Assembly: GCA_964454575.1 (NCBI GenBank)
Contig: CAYVTG010000004.1
Span: forward strand, 1-43,190
Direction of reading: 5' to 3'
DNA: 43,190 nucleotides
DNA from: an uncultured Thermoplasmata archaeon
GTDB taxonomy: Archaea; Thermoplasmatota; Thermoplasmata; Halarchaeoplasmatales; Halarchaeoplasmataceae
Below the pieces are notes generated by a model that worked only from the letters and a program-made list of their open reading frames with translations, was not told the origin of the DNA and searched no databases. Every line of letters starts with the position of its first letter. Positions within the stretch are counted from its first letter, which is position 1. Below are positions 11,011 through 20,719 of this stretch, in pieces. Position numbers and translations under genes: made by a program.

Positions 11011-13983
11011 TTAGTCACCATTCTTCCTGAACTTGGTCTTTCTTTTTTTGCCTATTATCGCCGCTACTATAGCTACCGCTATTACAGACATCATCAATAT
11101 AGGCAACCGGTAGTGTGTTATCAATCCGACGATGCCGGATGTTTCTTCGGCCGCTTCCCCCCCATCGGGCCCTTCCACAAGGATAGTTAAATAGTCTCTT
11201 CCCGATTGGAATCCCCCTTTTGTAGCCGCGAATTCAAGAGTATATCTCTGTAAACTGCCCGCTTCAACTCCCTGCGCATGGAATGTCACTGTAACGGTCT
11301 CACCATTTGATATATGTAAGGGAAAGCTTTCTTCAAACCCCGGATCACCTACATTGGGATGTATCATCACCGTGATGGATACGTTTTCTACTTCATCAGG
11401 GGAATTCAATTCCAGCGTTATGTTCGACTTTTCATCGTTTTGAATTATATCATAGTCCACTTTTGCATCTAGAGATAATATTGGTAGATTCTCCGGATAT
11501 ACCTTTATCATAATAGTATGGGACTCCCCACTTTTAACCAATCCTACTTGTAATGTTACAATTGTAAAGTCATATACATTCGGTGCGGTAAAAGTAGCGT
11601 TCAAAACACCCATGGAATCTGTAATAGGCTCACCCTTTGTCTCGAATAGAGCACCCTGATCTGTATGTGTTGTGGTCAGTACCAACTCTTGGTCAGGCAT
11701 GGCATAGCCATTTTCGTGGAACAACCGGATAGTAACATTGTGTTCTGTTCCCAGGCTGACAGCAGATGGGGCTGAGACGGAAATTGTCAGATCCGAAGAA
11801 ATTCCCTTTCGAACATATGCATATGAATATAGGTTGCAGATACCACCGGGCCAGGGAACCCAACCGGTCCATTCATTGCGATATGTATGAACATAGCTTC
11901 TGGAATACAATACATTGTAAGGAAGTTCCTTTGATATGATACCTTGGAGCTGCTTGACCAATTTAATCCTTCTATCTGGATCCATCTCTTTTTCTGCTTC
12001 TTCGATTATCCTATCGAATTCTTTTGACCTTAACCCCGGGTAGTTATGACCTCCGGACCTGTCGTTTCTAGAATGAAAAAGAGATTCTAAAATTGTCAAG
12101 GATTGGTATTCTGTTATCTCCCATCCTCCTATGTAAACATCAAAATACGCTCTACCTGGATCTAATTGATTATCTATAAAATATTGTAAAATATAACTAT
12201 ATACTTGTATCTGCACACCACATTCTTTACGAAGGGTGTCGACAACAAGCTGGCCCACTTTAGCCTCATTGTAATATGAACCCGGAGTATATAAATAGAA
12301 TGTACTAGTGTCTTCATAGATGTTACCATCAGCATCTCTTCGGGGTATGGGATATACCGCAGGGGCATCTTCTGCCTTCCAAACTGTGTTGAATCCGTTA
12401 AATTCGTTTCGCCAAATCTCGTTCTGTTCTTCCAATAATTGTTTGGTCATCCCCAAGTCGTGTGCATATCTTTCCACGGTCGAATTATGATACTGAGCGT
12501 TATCCGGCGGTACCACAGACCATCCTACCGAACCAAAACCTTGCAGATAATTATTCACTATGTACGATTTATCCGTCGCATGGGTGATCGCCTGTCTAAA
12601 CTTTAGACTTATATCTTCTCCGTACCAAGTACCCAGTTCTTCTCCAGCCCCGGGATAATCCTTGTAACCGAAGGCTGGTTCCCTCATGTTAAATCCCATA
12701 TATGTAAAACCGAAATTAGGTGTAGACATAATATCCAAATCGGGATGTTGCTGAACACGGGAGATATAGCCGGAATCGATCGGCCACGATAGTACATCCA
12801 AATCTCCTCTTTCAAGAGCTATAACCGCAGAGTCAGTGGTACTTCTTATCAAAAACCGTAACCCGTCAATGTTTGAACGATGATCAAGTCCTTTCAAACT
12901 CATACCATAAGGTCGATGGATATCTCTTGAGCCGTCTACCCAATAATCCGGATTCTTGATCAATTCCGAGCCTATACCAGGATCCCATTCGTGCCACATG
13001 AATGGACCGTTGCCAACTATCACTTTGCGCTGGTCCTCTATGCTGCCTCCTTGCCCCAGATCCCGGCTAAGAGCATAATTTAAACCTGTATCCACCAATG
13101 TATGTTCTGCCCATACTTTCATGGATAAAGGCATCGGTAAAGTCGTTAGATAAAACATTGAGTAAGGCCTCTCCAGTTCAAATCTGATACTGTAATCGCA
13201 CATATGCCTGTCTGGATCTTCAGGCATGGAGTACAGCTGCATTCCCTCGTACATTCCAGTACCGCCATTGACCACCCAGTTGCTGTCTCCGGCATCTCTT
13301 CTATCACCCAATGGTTCTTGGACAAGAGGCAAGAAACCTGACATATACTGTGGCGCATCCCATTGTAACATCTCTCCGGAGAAGACCACATCGTGGGCAG
13401 TTGCTTGTCTCATTTTACTCATGGGCATGGAGAAGGACGGGTTCTTCGGAGACTGCCACGTATCGTCTTCCCATGCATCCGCCCGGTGGAACAATATGCC
13501 AGCCCTGATCCTTACTATAACTTCGAGGTTTCCGCTGGGTAAAGCTTCGTTTTCTACAGTGTCCGGGTTTGGATCTATATATGCCTGTGAAGGATCGTAA
13601 ACTCCGTTGACGTAATTTAACGATGGATCGTAGGTCCCCTCTCCGCTGGGTCCCACGGGGCTCCAATCGTATGCCATCCAGGGGATCACCAATTGTGTTT
13701 CTTCGTGATACATACTCAAACCGCTGTATATCGGATCCCTGGCAGCCATGGAGCTCCAAAAGTTCTGTATGGTCAGAGGGTTTAGATTCTCGATGGGACT
13801 GTGAATTCCTATCTTCAGATAGTTCTCTGAACGTGTCGCTGAATCATAATCTCTTTTCGGGATCTGCTGTGTACCGGATGCTACGATACTGGTTATTATC
13901 AAAAGAACTACGATGGATATTGAAAGAATTACGAGTGCGTTACTGATTTCCTCCCGTGAATAGGATTTGTTTTTTTTCATCAT
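11011..13983 (-). CDS. Family-5 (OppA/DppA-like) ABC substrate-binding protein with C-terminal Ig-like domains and membrane anchor
   Basis: N-terminal TM/signal, LNPL, TA.DV.FS, GNGPF, NPDYW, FRQAI.HA.DK; beta-rich C-terminal extension; TM helix plus basic tail KKRKTK. GGTGG precedes ATG 13983. Confidence 0.85.
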   Translation of the reverse strand: MMKKNKSYSREEISNALVILSISIVVLLIITSIVASGTQQIPKRDYDSATRSENYLKIGIHSPIENLNPLTIQNFWSSMAARDPIYSGLSMYHEETQLVIPWMAYDWSPVGPSGEGTYDPSLNYVNGVYDPSQAYIDPNPDTVENEALPSGNLEVIVRIRAGILFHRADAWEDDTWQSPKNPSFSMPMSKMRQATAHDVVFSGEMLQWDAPQYMSGFLPLVQEPLGDRRDAGDSNWVVNGGTGMYEGMQLYSMPEDPDRHMCDYSIRFELERPYSMFYLTTLPMPLSMKVWAEHTLVDTGLNYALSRDLGQGGSIEDQRKVIVGNGPFMWHEWDPGIGSELIKNPDYWVDGSRDIHRPYGMSLKGLDHRSNIDGLRFLIRSTTDSAVIALERGDLDVLSWPIDSGYISRVQQHPDLDIMSTPNFGFTYMGFNMREPAFGYKDYPGAGEELGTWYGEDISLKFRQAITHATDKSYIVNNYLQGFGSVGWSVVPPDNAQYHNSTVERYAHDLGMTKQLLEEQNEIWRNEFNGFNTVWKAEDAPAVYPIPRRDADGNIYEDTSTFYLYTPGSYYNEAKVGQLVVDTLRKECGVQIQVYSYILQYFIDNQLDPGRAYFDVYIGGWEITEYQSLTILESLFHSRNDRSGGHNYPGLRSKEFDRIIEEAEKEMDPDRRIKLVKQLQGIISKELPYNVLYSRSYVHTYRNEWTGWVPWPGGICNLYSYAYVRKGISSDLTISVSAPSAVSLGTEHNVTIRLFHENGYAMPDQELVLTTTHTDQGALFETKGEPITDSMGVLNATFTAPNVYDFTIVTLQVGLVKSGESHTIMIKVYPENLPILSLDAKVDYDIIQNDEKSNITLELNSPDEVENVSITVMIHPNVGDPGFEESFPLHISNGETVTVTFHAQGVEAGSLQRYTLEFAATKGGFQSGRDYLTILVEGPDGGEAAEETSGIVGLITHYRLPILMMSVIAVAIVAAIIGKKRKTKFRKNGD

Positions 13984-14048
13984 TTCCACCTAACATCATG
14001 TATATTATTTTACGTTTATTTATACTTTTCTTAAATAATCTAAAGATT

Positions 14049-14107
14049 AAGCTTTAATTAAATAATACCTTAATACCATAAAGCTTTAATACTATTATAC
14101 CTTAATA
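14049..14107 (+). repeat. Two 27-bp direct repeats (32-bp period) in the divergent promoter region
   Basis: AAGCTTTAATtaaataATACCTTAATA (14049-14075) versus AAGCTTTAATactattATACCTTAATA (14081-14107), 23/27 identical. Confidence 0.75.
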
Positions 14108-14113
14108 TGAAAC

Positions 14114-14383
14114 ATGGATCTGGACGAATTCAACCACACCGCAAGGATACTTGGTCGTAAGCACGTTCCCGCAGTACTCCGGAAGATATCCCACAAGGGA
14201 ACCATCAAGGCCAGCGACCTTGCATCTTACGTTGGTATAACCGTGGCTACAGCAGTGAGCTACCTGAACGACCTTGAATCCATAGGGATTCTAGAAAAAG
14301 ACCATGTTCAAGGGGAAACCGGTGAGATATGGATCTATAGGATCGCCGATCCAAAGATTTCCTTGGAGACGGTCATCGAATGA
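14114..14383 (+). CDS. ArsR-like winged-helix transcriptional regulator
   Basis: ASDLASYVGITVATAVSYLNDLESIGIL helix-turn-helix followed by a wing (IWIYRI). Confidence 0.75.
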   Translation: MDLDEFNHTARILGRKHVPAVLRKISHKGTIKASDLASYVGITVATAVSYLNDLESIGILEKDHVQGETGEIWIYRIADPKISLETVIE

Positions 14384-14749
14384 AGCCTGATGTATATGCA
14401 CATAGTGTGCAAATACACCCGTAAGCATATATGGTCTAATAGTATATATAGTAACGTATCTGCCTAATAGTAAGCTTATATGGGTTAACACTCAATATTG
14501 CGTCATCAACACAAAACCACAAACGAACATTAACAAGCGACAAATTAACAATACTGTTTAACGCAACATGTTATTAACAATTATCATTAACACACACCTT
14601 TGCAATAACACCGCAAAACACCCCTAAATAACAAAACTTTACAAGAACCTTTTTTTTCACTGCAGACCCTAGGGTAAACAACGGAAATTTGCCCTTTCGT
14701 GAAGTTTCACTAGTGAGCCCCCACAACGTATATATACCCCAAATAAAGG

Positions 14750-14777
14750 ATGTCGTAAAATGTATCTTATACGACGT
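14750..14777. other. Candidate tyrosine-recombinase (Xer/dif-like) site
   Basis: ATGTCGTAAAA-TGTATC-TTATACGACGT: 11-6-11 layout, arms 9/11 inverted match, spacer close to the TGTATA spacer of E. coli dif. Confidence 0.55.
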
Positions 14778-15115
14778 TAAGTATTTATACTAAAACCTAA
14801 GACGTCGGATTTACTAATACAAATTACGAACATAATTTTTTCGAAAAAATTTCCCGGAAAAACAAATATATTCTGTAAAATATCTAAGTGCAGGAAAATC
14901 CGGCAAAGATCTTCCGAAAACACAATTGTAGTATAAATGCATAACAATGGGTAACCCTATCATCGCATTAAATAAACCACTAAACCAAACAGCCAAATAA
15001 TAAATAATAAAAAACAATTCACGAACATGTTGAATATACACAAAACCACGATTTACCCATACACCAATAATATGTATACCTTTACCACAACCGCACAAAT
15101 AATACTTTAAAACCA

Positions 15116-15517
15116 TTAATCATAATATTTCAGCCAATCGCCGGACCTGATCAAGTACTCTTCCTTAGCAAAAGAACTACGTAGTTTTCTACCGGCTACG
15201 TAACAATAGGCCTTGGTCTTCTTACCGTCGGAAAGTTCTACCTTTACGATGGTCCGTTCGAAGAAAGGCTCTGCCTGGCTTGCACCTTCGATTATGTCAT
15301 ACTTGTCCAGCAGGGTATCTATCTCACTACAAACAAAGAGTTTACCTTTCACCCGTCCGTCTCCTTCGAGAACAAGGAAGGGAAAACCCTCTACGGCATA
15401 AAGAGTTCCTTTAACGCTTGCTGTTTTAGTTTCCTCTATATATCTTGAAGCGTTTATCCCGTGGCTGGGCTCCTCATCTTCGAAAAGGAGGGTTCCGTAC
15501 GCGAATAGATTGTTCAT
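15116..15517 (-). CDS. Gamma-glutamylcyclotransferase (AIG2-like) family protein
   Basis: LFAYGTL, FP.LV, V.G.L, D.IEG, A.CY; start at MNNLFAYGTL. Confidence 0.85.
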   Translation of the reverse strand: MNNLFAYGTLLFEDEEPSHGINASRYIEETKTASVKGTLYAVEGFPFLVLEGDGRVKGKLFVCSEIDTLLDKYDIIEGASQAEPFFERTIVKVELSDGKKTKAYCYVAGRKLRSSFAKEEYLIRSGDWLKYYD

Positions 15518-15618
15518 GCAATACCTTATTATGCATACATCGTGCATATATAGTTATCGAACAGATATCAAAAACCGATGCGGATAGACTTTTATATTGC
15601 ATCCCAATAGACGAAGGA

Positions 15619-16674
15619 ATGGTAACTGGTATCCTTGAAGAAGACAAAGTTATAGTATCCGACGAAGGCGACGGAAACACGCTCTACAACAAAGGATACT
15701 TCGGTAAGCCTATGTCCGGAGGCGGATTGGAACTAGAGCTCTACGAAGCCCTGCATCTAAAAGAATCTAATCGGCTGGACATACAAGATGTAGATGGTAC
15801 CGAACTTTCCCGAAACCAATTGATGAAAAAGCTTGTGGTCATGGATCCAAGGATGGTAGTTAATTATCCCGTTTACAGTGAGATGAGATCCCGAGGATAT
15901 ATACTAAAAAGCGCATCCAAACCTGCAGATTTTCGTGTATTCCCCAGAGGAGGCGGACCCGGTAAATCCCCATCCCAGTATTGGCTGGTGTCAAAGGCGG
16001 AAACAGATACATTCTCCATCAAAGAGTTTCAAGATATCTCACACCGGATCTATCAGATAAAGAAAAAACTCATCACCGGATTGTTGGATGAAGAAGGTGA
16101 TGTAACTTATTACGATATATCGACTATTGACTTAAAAGGAACGACAAAAAAGTTTCAATTGAATTCCCCCATAGAAGGTATCGTATTCGGTGATAAATGT
16201 TACCTCGGCGAAGAAGGTCTTACACTACATGAACAAGGATTCTTCGGACACGAATACGACGGTGGGCTCCAACTATCACTCGTGGAGACACTATTTCTTA
16301 TGGAAGAAGATGTTCTCACGGTAATGGAGGGCAAAAACGCGAAACCCATGGACAAAGCATCATTGAAGAAATATGCAGACAACATCCAGAAGGATTTTCC
16401 ACTTCGTTATACAATATACAAGGATCTTAGAACTAGAAAGATGATACCCAAGACAGGATTCAAGTACGGTACGGCTTTCAGATGCTATGTGGGGAATCCT
16501 GACGAATATCATGCAGAATTCATGATCCAACCGGTAGAACCGGAATTCACATGCAGCTGGTATGACGTTAGTAGAGCTGTTCGTGTTGCACACACGGTAA
16601 GAAAAACATTTGTTTTTGCAAGAAATACGAAGGAAGGAACAGTTTATCTGAGGATAAAAAGGCAAACACCCTGA
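15619..16674 (+). CDS. endA: tRNA-splicing endonuclease, two-unit (alpha2) type
   Basis: Duplicated LEL.EAL / LSLVETL units; the C-terminal unit has KTGFKYG..FR.Y, H and VRK catalytic residues; start at MVTGIL. Confidence 0.92.
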   Translation: MVTGILEEDKVIVSDEGDGNTLYNKGYFGKPMSGGGLELELYEALHLKESNRLDIQDVDGTELSRNQLMKKLVVMDPRMVVNYPVYSEMRSRGYILKSASKPADFRVFPRGGGPGKSPSQYWLVSKAETDTFSIKEFQDISHRIYQIKKKLITGLLDEEGDVTYYDISTIDLKGTTKKFQLNSPIEGIVFGDKCYLGEEGLTLHEQGFFGHEYDGGLQLSLVETLFLMEEDVLTVMEGKNAKPMDKASLKKYADNIQKDFPLRYTIYKDLRTRKMIPKTGFKYGTAFRCYVGNPDEYHAEFMIQPVEPEFTCSWYDVSRAVRVAHTVRKTFVFARNTKEGTVYLRIKRQTP

Positions 16675-16678
16675 TATC

Positions 16679-16963
16679 TCAGTTTTCCTTCAATTTTTCT
16701 CCCAGCTTTATCAAAAATTCGTGTTTAGATATATTCTGTTTAGCGATGATGATCCGTCCGTTGTTTTCGTACCAAGTCCTGGGATGACTTGCATTCTTTT
16801 CAACACGGTTCGGTATCTCGTAAGAATTGAGTACCTTGTTTATCTCTTCGACGGTGGGACCTTTGACGGCGATAGTTTTTGGTACTCTTCTACACTCAGA
16901 TCTTGAAAATCGTTTATCAAAGTACTCCGGATAGATCACCCAAGTCTTCCTTTCCCTGGCCAT
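16679..16963 (-). CDS. srp19: Signal recognition particle protein SRP19
   Basis: VIYPEYFD...SRSE.RRVPK..AV..PT.EEI, HPR.W, GRI. Confidence 0.92.
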   Translation of the reverse strand: MARERKTWVIYPEYFDKRFSRSECRRVPKTIAVKGPTVEEINKVLNSYEIPNRVEKNASHPRTWYENNGRIIIAKQNISKHEFLIKLGEKLKEN

Positions 16964-16964
16964 C

Positions 16965-17345
16965 CTAATCCTCTAGGGAAATAGCGTTTATAACACCATC
17001 TTTACCGGGCTTCGATGTTATCTTGGCTCTACCCCGGGGCGTGTCGATTATGGCACCCTTTGTGAGGATATTCCTCTGAACGTAGTTAGGATTAGCCGGA
17101 TTCTCTACGACGTTTTGGATCATAACACGGACTACCTTTCCATCGGACGTTGAAAGATTAGCATGTTCCGCACCCATGACCTTTGTCTTTTGTCTTCCAC
17201 CTCTTCCTCTCATAGACTTATTTTTATGTGTGGCTATCACCGCAGGATGAAAATCTGTTCCTAGCTCGAACTTCCTCTTTTTGCGGTAGTGTCTGCGTCG
17301 TCCGCCGGTTATCTTTCTTCTTGATTTTGCTTGCCACATCGTCAT
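16965..17345 (-). CDS. rps8e: 30S ribosomal protein S8e
   Basis: SRRKITGG, RKKRKFELG, RGRGG, NPAN..YV.RN.LTKGAII.T, PG.DGVINA. Confidence 0.96.
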   Translation of the reverse strand: MTMWQAKSRRKITGGRRRHYRKKRKFELGTDFHPAVIATHKNKSMRGRGGRQKTKVMGAEHANLSTSDGKVVRVMIQNVVENPANPNYVQRNILTKGAIIDTPRGRAKITSKPGKDGVINAISLED

Positions 17346-17377
17346 CTTTAGGCCTCAGGAACGTTTCAGTATAAGTG

Positions 17378-17974
17378 TCATATATAAGGCTTTTCCTCTT
17401 CCTCATGTATAAAATGGATGGATGATACCAATAGAGCGGCCATAAAAAGTGAGAAAACCACACCGCCTAAGATGCCGGTAAAAGTTCTCATGGGATTGTT
17501 ACTCTCGTAATCCGTCAGCAGCTGAATAAATCCATCTGCAGCCATGGGCGAGATCAACGCTGCACCGAAGAACACCATCACCAACCTCTTCTTCATAGGG
17601 GACAGATGCTCTGTTTTCATGGGGACCAAACTCAACAGCATATCTTTGTAGTCTTCCTTCGGATCAACGAACATCATCACAAAGAATCCCATGGTCAATC
17701 CGATAAAGATCCCCACACAACGGGCACAGACAGGTACCTGGTTACCGTTGATAGAATATGATCGTTCGTGCATCTGATGACAGTTGAAGTCGCTGAAAGT
17801 GTAAACGGCTGCATGATACGGCGATAGCTCGCGCCATAGGTCCATGTAATCGACCCGGTTCGCAGCACCGCTCAACCCCTCTACAGTTCCCGGTTCCATG
17901 GTAAGGGGTGCGATGAAAAGACTTGAAGTATATAAAAATGCTAAAATGAACAAAACGAGTGATACCCTGTTCAC
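17378..17974 (-). CDS. DUF2085 membrane protein
   Basis: CHQ..ERS...NG.Q.PVCARC.GI, DG..Q, SNN.MR..TG. Confidence 0.85.
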   Translation of the reverse strand: MNRVSLVLFILAFLYTSSLFIAPLTMEPGTVEGLSGAANRVDYMDLWRELSPYHAAVYTFSDFNCHQMHERSYSINGNQVPVCARCVGIFIGLTMGFFVMMFVDPKEDYKDMLLSLVPMKTEHLSPMKKRLVMVFFGAALISPMAADGFIQLLTDYESNNPMRTFTGILGGVVFSLFMAALLVSSIHFIHEEEEKPYI

Positions 17975-17975
17975 T

Positions 17976-19214
17976 TCATTCAGTTTTAAAATGCCTCAAC
18001 ACCTCCAAGAGTGTTTCCCTTTCGACGGTGGACTGTTCTCCACTCTTCATATTCTTGATGGTCACAGTCCCCGATTTAACTTCGTCTTCTCCGACCAGTA
18101 TAGAATATTTGAAACCGGTTCTGTCTGCGTAAGAAAGAGACTTCCCAACGCTCCTGTCCATCAACTCTATATCCGTAGGGAGATCGCTGCATCTCAAAGT
18201 TGTAAGTATATCATAGGCATATTCCATACTCTCTTCACCTATGGGTATAAGATAATACGTCTCCCTGGAAACATCTTCTGCTTTGCCCTCTTTTTCCAGG
18301 GCCAAAAGGGTCCTATCGAATCCTATGGCGAATCCTTTGGAAGATACCTCAACACCGAATATATCTCCGAGAGCATAATCTCCGCCACCGCAGATCTGTT
18401 TTTCGGCTCCGAGACTCTCGGCTTCCATCTCAAAAACCACTCCTTTGTAGTAATCCAAACCTCGTACGGTACTCAGATCTACTTCATATCTTTCCGGGTC
18501 TATCCCGTAGTTCTCCAAACAGATCTGTACGTCCTGCAGATATTCGACGGTAGAAGTATCATTGATAAGACTGTTCACTTCTTCCATATCTGAGTTCAGT
18601 ATCGTATTCAGCTCAGACTTCAGTTCTTCCCTACAGTCTATGTCATCCAGTGATCCGTTATCTATCGCATGATAAAAATCAGCTGACTCTTCGGTCATAT
18701 CCCGCTCTTCGAAGAAAGTCTCCAAGATACCGAGATGCGATATATTAAGCTTAAAATCGTCAAGTCCCGCTCTCCTCATACACTCATATGCTAGAGCTAT
18801 GTTCTCAGCATCCGCCCTTGGCGTGTCCGGCCCTATAAGTTCGGTGCCGAACTGCCAGAATTCCCTGTAACGCCCGGCCTGAGGTCGTTCATACCTGAAT
18901 GTGGGTCCGAAGTAGTACAACTTTATCGGTTTTGGCCTTTCCCTTAAACCATCGGCGTACATCCGGATCACCGGAGCGGTGAACTCTGGGCGCAGCGAAA
19001 GCTCACGTCCGCTCTTGTCTTTGAATGCATAAAGGTTTTTCAAGATCGACGGACCGGACCGCTCTACGAATAATTTGGTGTGTTCGAAGGTAGGTGTAAG
19101 TACCTCTCTGTAGCCGAAGCTTTCGCAGGTCTTCCGGAATACCTCTTCCAACCTTGTTCTTATCTCCATCTCTTCCGGGAGCAGGTCCCTGGTTCCTCTA
19201 GGTCTATCTATCAT
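17976..19214 (-). CDS. hisS: Histidine-tRNA ligase
   Basis: PRGTRD, LRPEFT, FRYERPQAGRYREFWQFG.E, RGLDYY, CGGG.Y, anticodon-binding domain. Confidence 0.97.
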   Translation of the reverse strand: MIDRPRGTRDLLPEEMEIRTRLEEVFRKTCESFGYREVLTPTFEHTKLFVERSGPSILKNLYAFKDKSGRELSLRPEFTAPVIRMYADGLRERPKPIKLYYFGPTFRYERPQAGRYREFWQFGTELIGPDTPRADAENIALAYECMRRAGLDDFKLNISHLGILETFFEERDMTEESADFYHAIDNGSLDDIDCREELKSELNTILNSDMEEVNSLINDTSTVEYLQDVQICLENYGIDPERYEVDLSTVRGLDYYKGVVFEMEAESLGAEKQICGGGDYALGDIFGVEVSSKGFAIGFDRTLLALEKEGKAEDVSRETYYLIPIGEESMEYAYDILTTLRCSDLPTDIELMDRSVGKSLSYADRTGFKYSILVGEDEVKSGTVTIKNMKSGEQSTVERETLLEVLRHFKTE

Positions 19215-19250
19215 CTGATTCCACCTATCGTGTAGACATATATAAGTTTT

Positions 19251-20666
19251 TTAAGAATAGTGGTCCGTCTCCAGCTTGGAAACGCTTTTAAATATATATA
19301 AGAAGTAAACGGTAAAGAACGAAAAAAGAGCGATGATACCCATGGAAGTGAAAAGCGTATTCCTCTTGGATTCAATCTGTTTTTCAAGTAAAAATTCTGA
19401 CTCGGGCACGCGTATGTGATGGTATCGATCATAGGCATCGAAACGCTCCTGTCGGTTGTGCATAAACAGATGTAAAAGCGATGGAAAATCCCTGTCTGCC
19501 CAGTGTGGGTCAACGAAGGATATCTGCATGTTTGTTCCGCCGGTGAGCATGATCCCGATATAAACATGGCCTTCGTCTGTCAGATAGCCTGGGATGATCC
19601 TGGAAGAACGTATGGTAAAAACATGAAGATTTTTAACGCTCGGATTATTCGATCGATTCTTTGCAGCATAAAATGCATCGTAATATAGGTAAGTATAATC
19701 CATGCAGTTAACGTTTTCTTCCTTTGATAATTGTATCGAAGTGAACTCTTCGATGATCTCCAGGAATTCAGACGGTCCTGCCTCTTGGAGCCGTCTGCTG
19801 TTGTCGTCCGAGTCGTACCATATATCGAAACCACAGGGTGGCTCAACCAATTCTCTTTCTAGTACCCCGTGGATGTATTCGTACACGGTGCCCATCCCGG
19901 GCTCTGCCTTTAATCCGTGATAAGGCAACAGTCGGCCTGAATCCAGACGTATACTCAGATCTCTGGAAGATATATCGTTCAGTTCTCTCAGTACATATCT
20001 TTCACTGTCCGGTGAATTCCTGTCTTCGAAACACGTTATTATCTCTTGAACATCCGCATATTCCAAAGCTCTGAAATAAACATTGAGTTTGAAGCGCTTG
20101 TTTTCCATAACACAATCGCTCACCGTTCCGGTGACCACGGTTTCACCGTCTATGGCACCGTAAAGATCTCCGTATGTAGTTATCTCTACCTGAAGATTTG
20201 TTGCGTTCTCAACGAGCTGTTGAAGTATTTCGATGTCGCCCGTCTCCTGTGTATCGTTGTTTACGAATCCGTTGAAAGTAACCTTCAAGTTATTGTAATT
20301 TTGAGTGAAGTTGTATTCCGCCTTGATATCTCCCACCTCAACAGAGCCGACGGGATTCAAAGATTCAAGTCTCCATGTTACCGGTGTATAGAAGTACGAA
20401 CCCATTCCGGCATTGTCAAGTATATCTCGCGTGGTCAAAGTGTTTGCTGCCTCCGCGGTACTAACATCGATATTTCCGTCTCCGTCCTCCATATAAGCGT
20501 GATAATCTATGAAACCAAATACGGAAGTCAGGACGATGATGATAACAAATAAGGATACGATCAGTATAGAAAACACTCTATATAATATAGGATGATGCCC
20601 TTTCAATAGCTGAAACCATTTGACCATCCCCTTACCGGGCACTATAACGTCCTTGATGTTTTTCAT
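19251..20666 (-). CDS. Membrane-anchored protein with putative transglutaminase-like domain
   Basis: N- and C-terminal TM helices; NCMDY, GHVY and FVDP occur in the Cys-His-Asp order of the transglutaminase-like fold. Confidence 0.55.
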   Translation of the reverse strand: MKNIKDVIVPGKGMVKWFQLLKGHHPILYRVFSILIVSLFVIIIVLTSVFGFIDYHAYMEDGDGNIDVSTAEAANTLTTRDILDNAGMGSYFYTPVTWRLESLNPVGSVEVGDIKAEYNFTQNYNNLKVTFNGFVNNDTQETGDIEILQQLVENATNLQVEITTYGDLYGAIDGETVVTGTVSDCVMENKRFKLNVYFRALEYADVQEIITCFEDRNSPDSERYVLRELNDISSRDLSIRLDSGRLLPYHGLKAEPGMGTVYEYIHGVLERELVEPPCGFDIWYDSDDNSRRLQEAGPSEFLEIIEEFTSIQLSKEENVNCMDYTYLYYDAFYAAKNRSNNPSVKNLHVFTIRSSRIIPGYLTDEGHVYIGIMLTGGTNMQISFVDPHWADRDFPSLLHLFMHNRQERFDAYDRYHHIRVPESEFLLEKQIESKRNTLFTSMGIIALFSFFTVYFLYIFKSVSKLETDHYS

Positions 20667-20719
20667 GGAAAGCTAGTTTGTATTACGGTTAAAAACAATA
20701 TAGGTTTTTTGTACGGTGC

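Noticed and set aside
11011-11160. C-termini of the surface proteins as ArtA (PGF-CTERM) substrates
   Set aside because: TM helix and basic residues are present, but neither this protein nor 27264-29411 has a PGF motif.
14640-14725. ORB-like or c-di-GMP-riboswitch-like sequence (AGTGAAAC..GAAAGGGCAAA on the minus strand)
   Set aside because: Only a partial match, with no repeated ORBs, no cdc6 and no second riboswitch stem.
14814-15116. 100-aa minus-strand ORF overlapping the GGCT stop
   Set aside because: No recognisable motif, and its composition mirrors the skewed DNA; not called, though not strictly excluded.
15445-15618. Long N-terminal ORF-track extensions (endA; likewise GGGPS 36155, trxB 38364, receiver 38144, abiEi 26927)
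   Set aside because: They overlap neighbouring genes or promoters; family similarity begins at downstream start codons.
17898-18593. 231-aa plus-strand ORF and other short ORFs inside called genes
   Set aside because: Antisense or out-of-frame to well-supported genes such as hisS, with no motifs.
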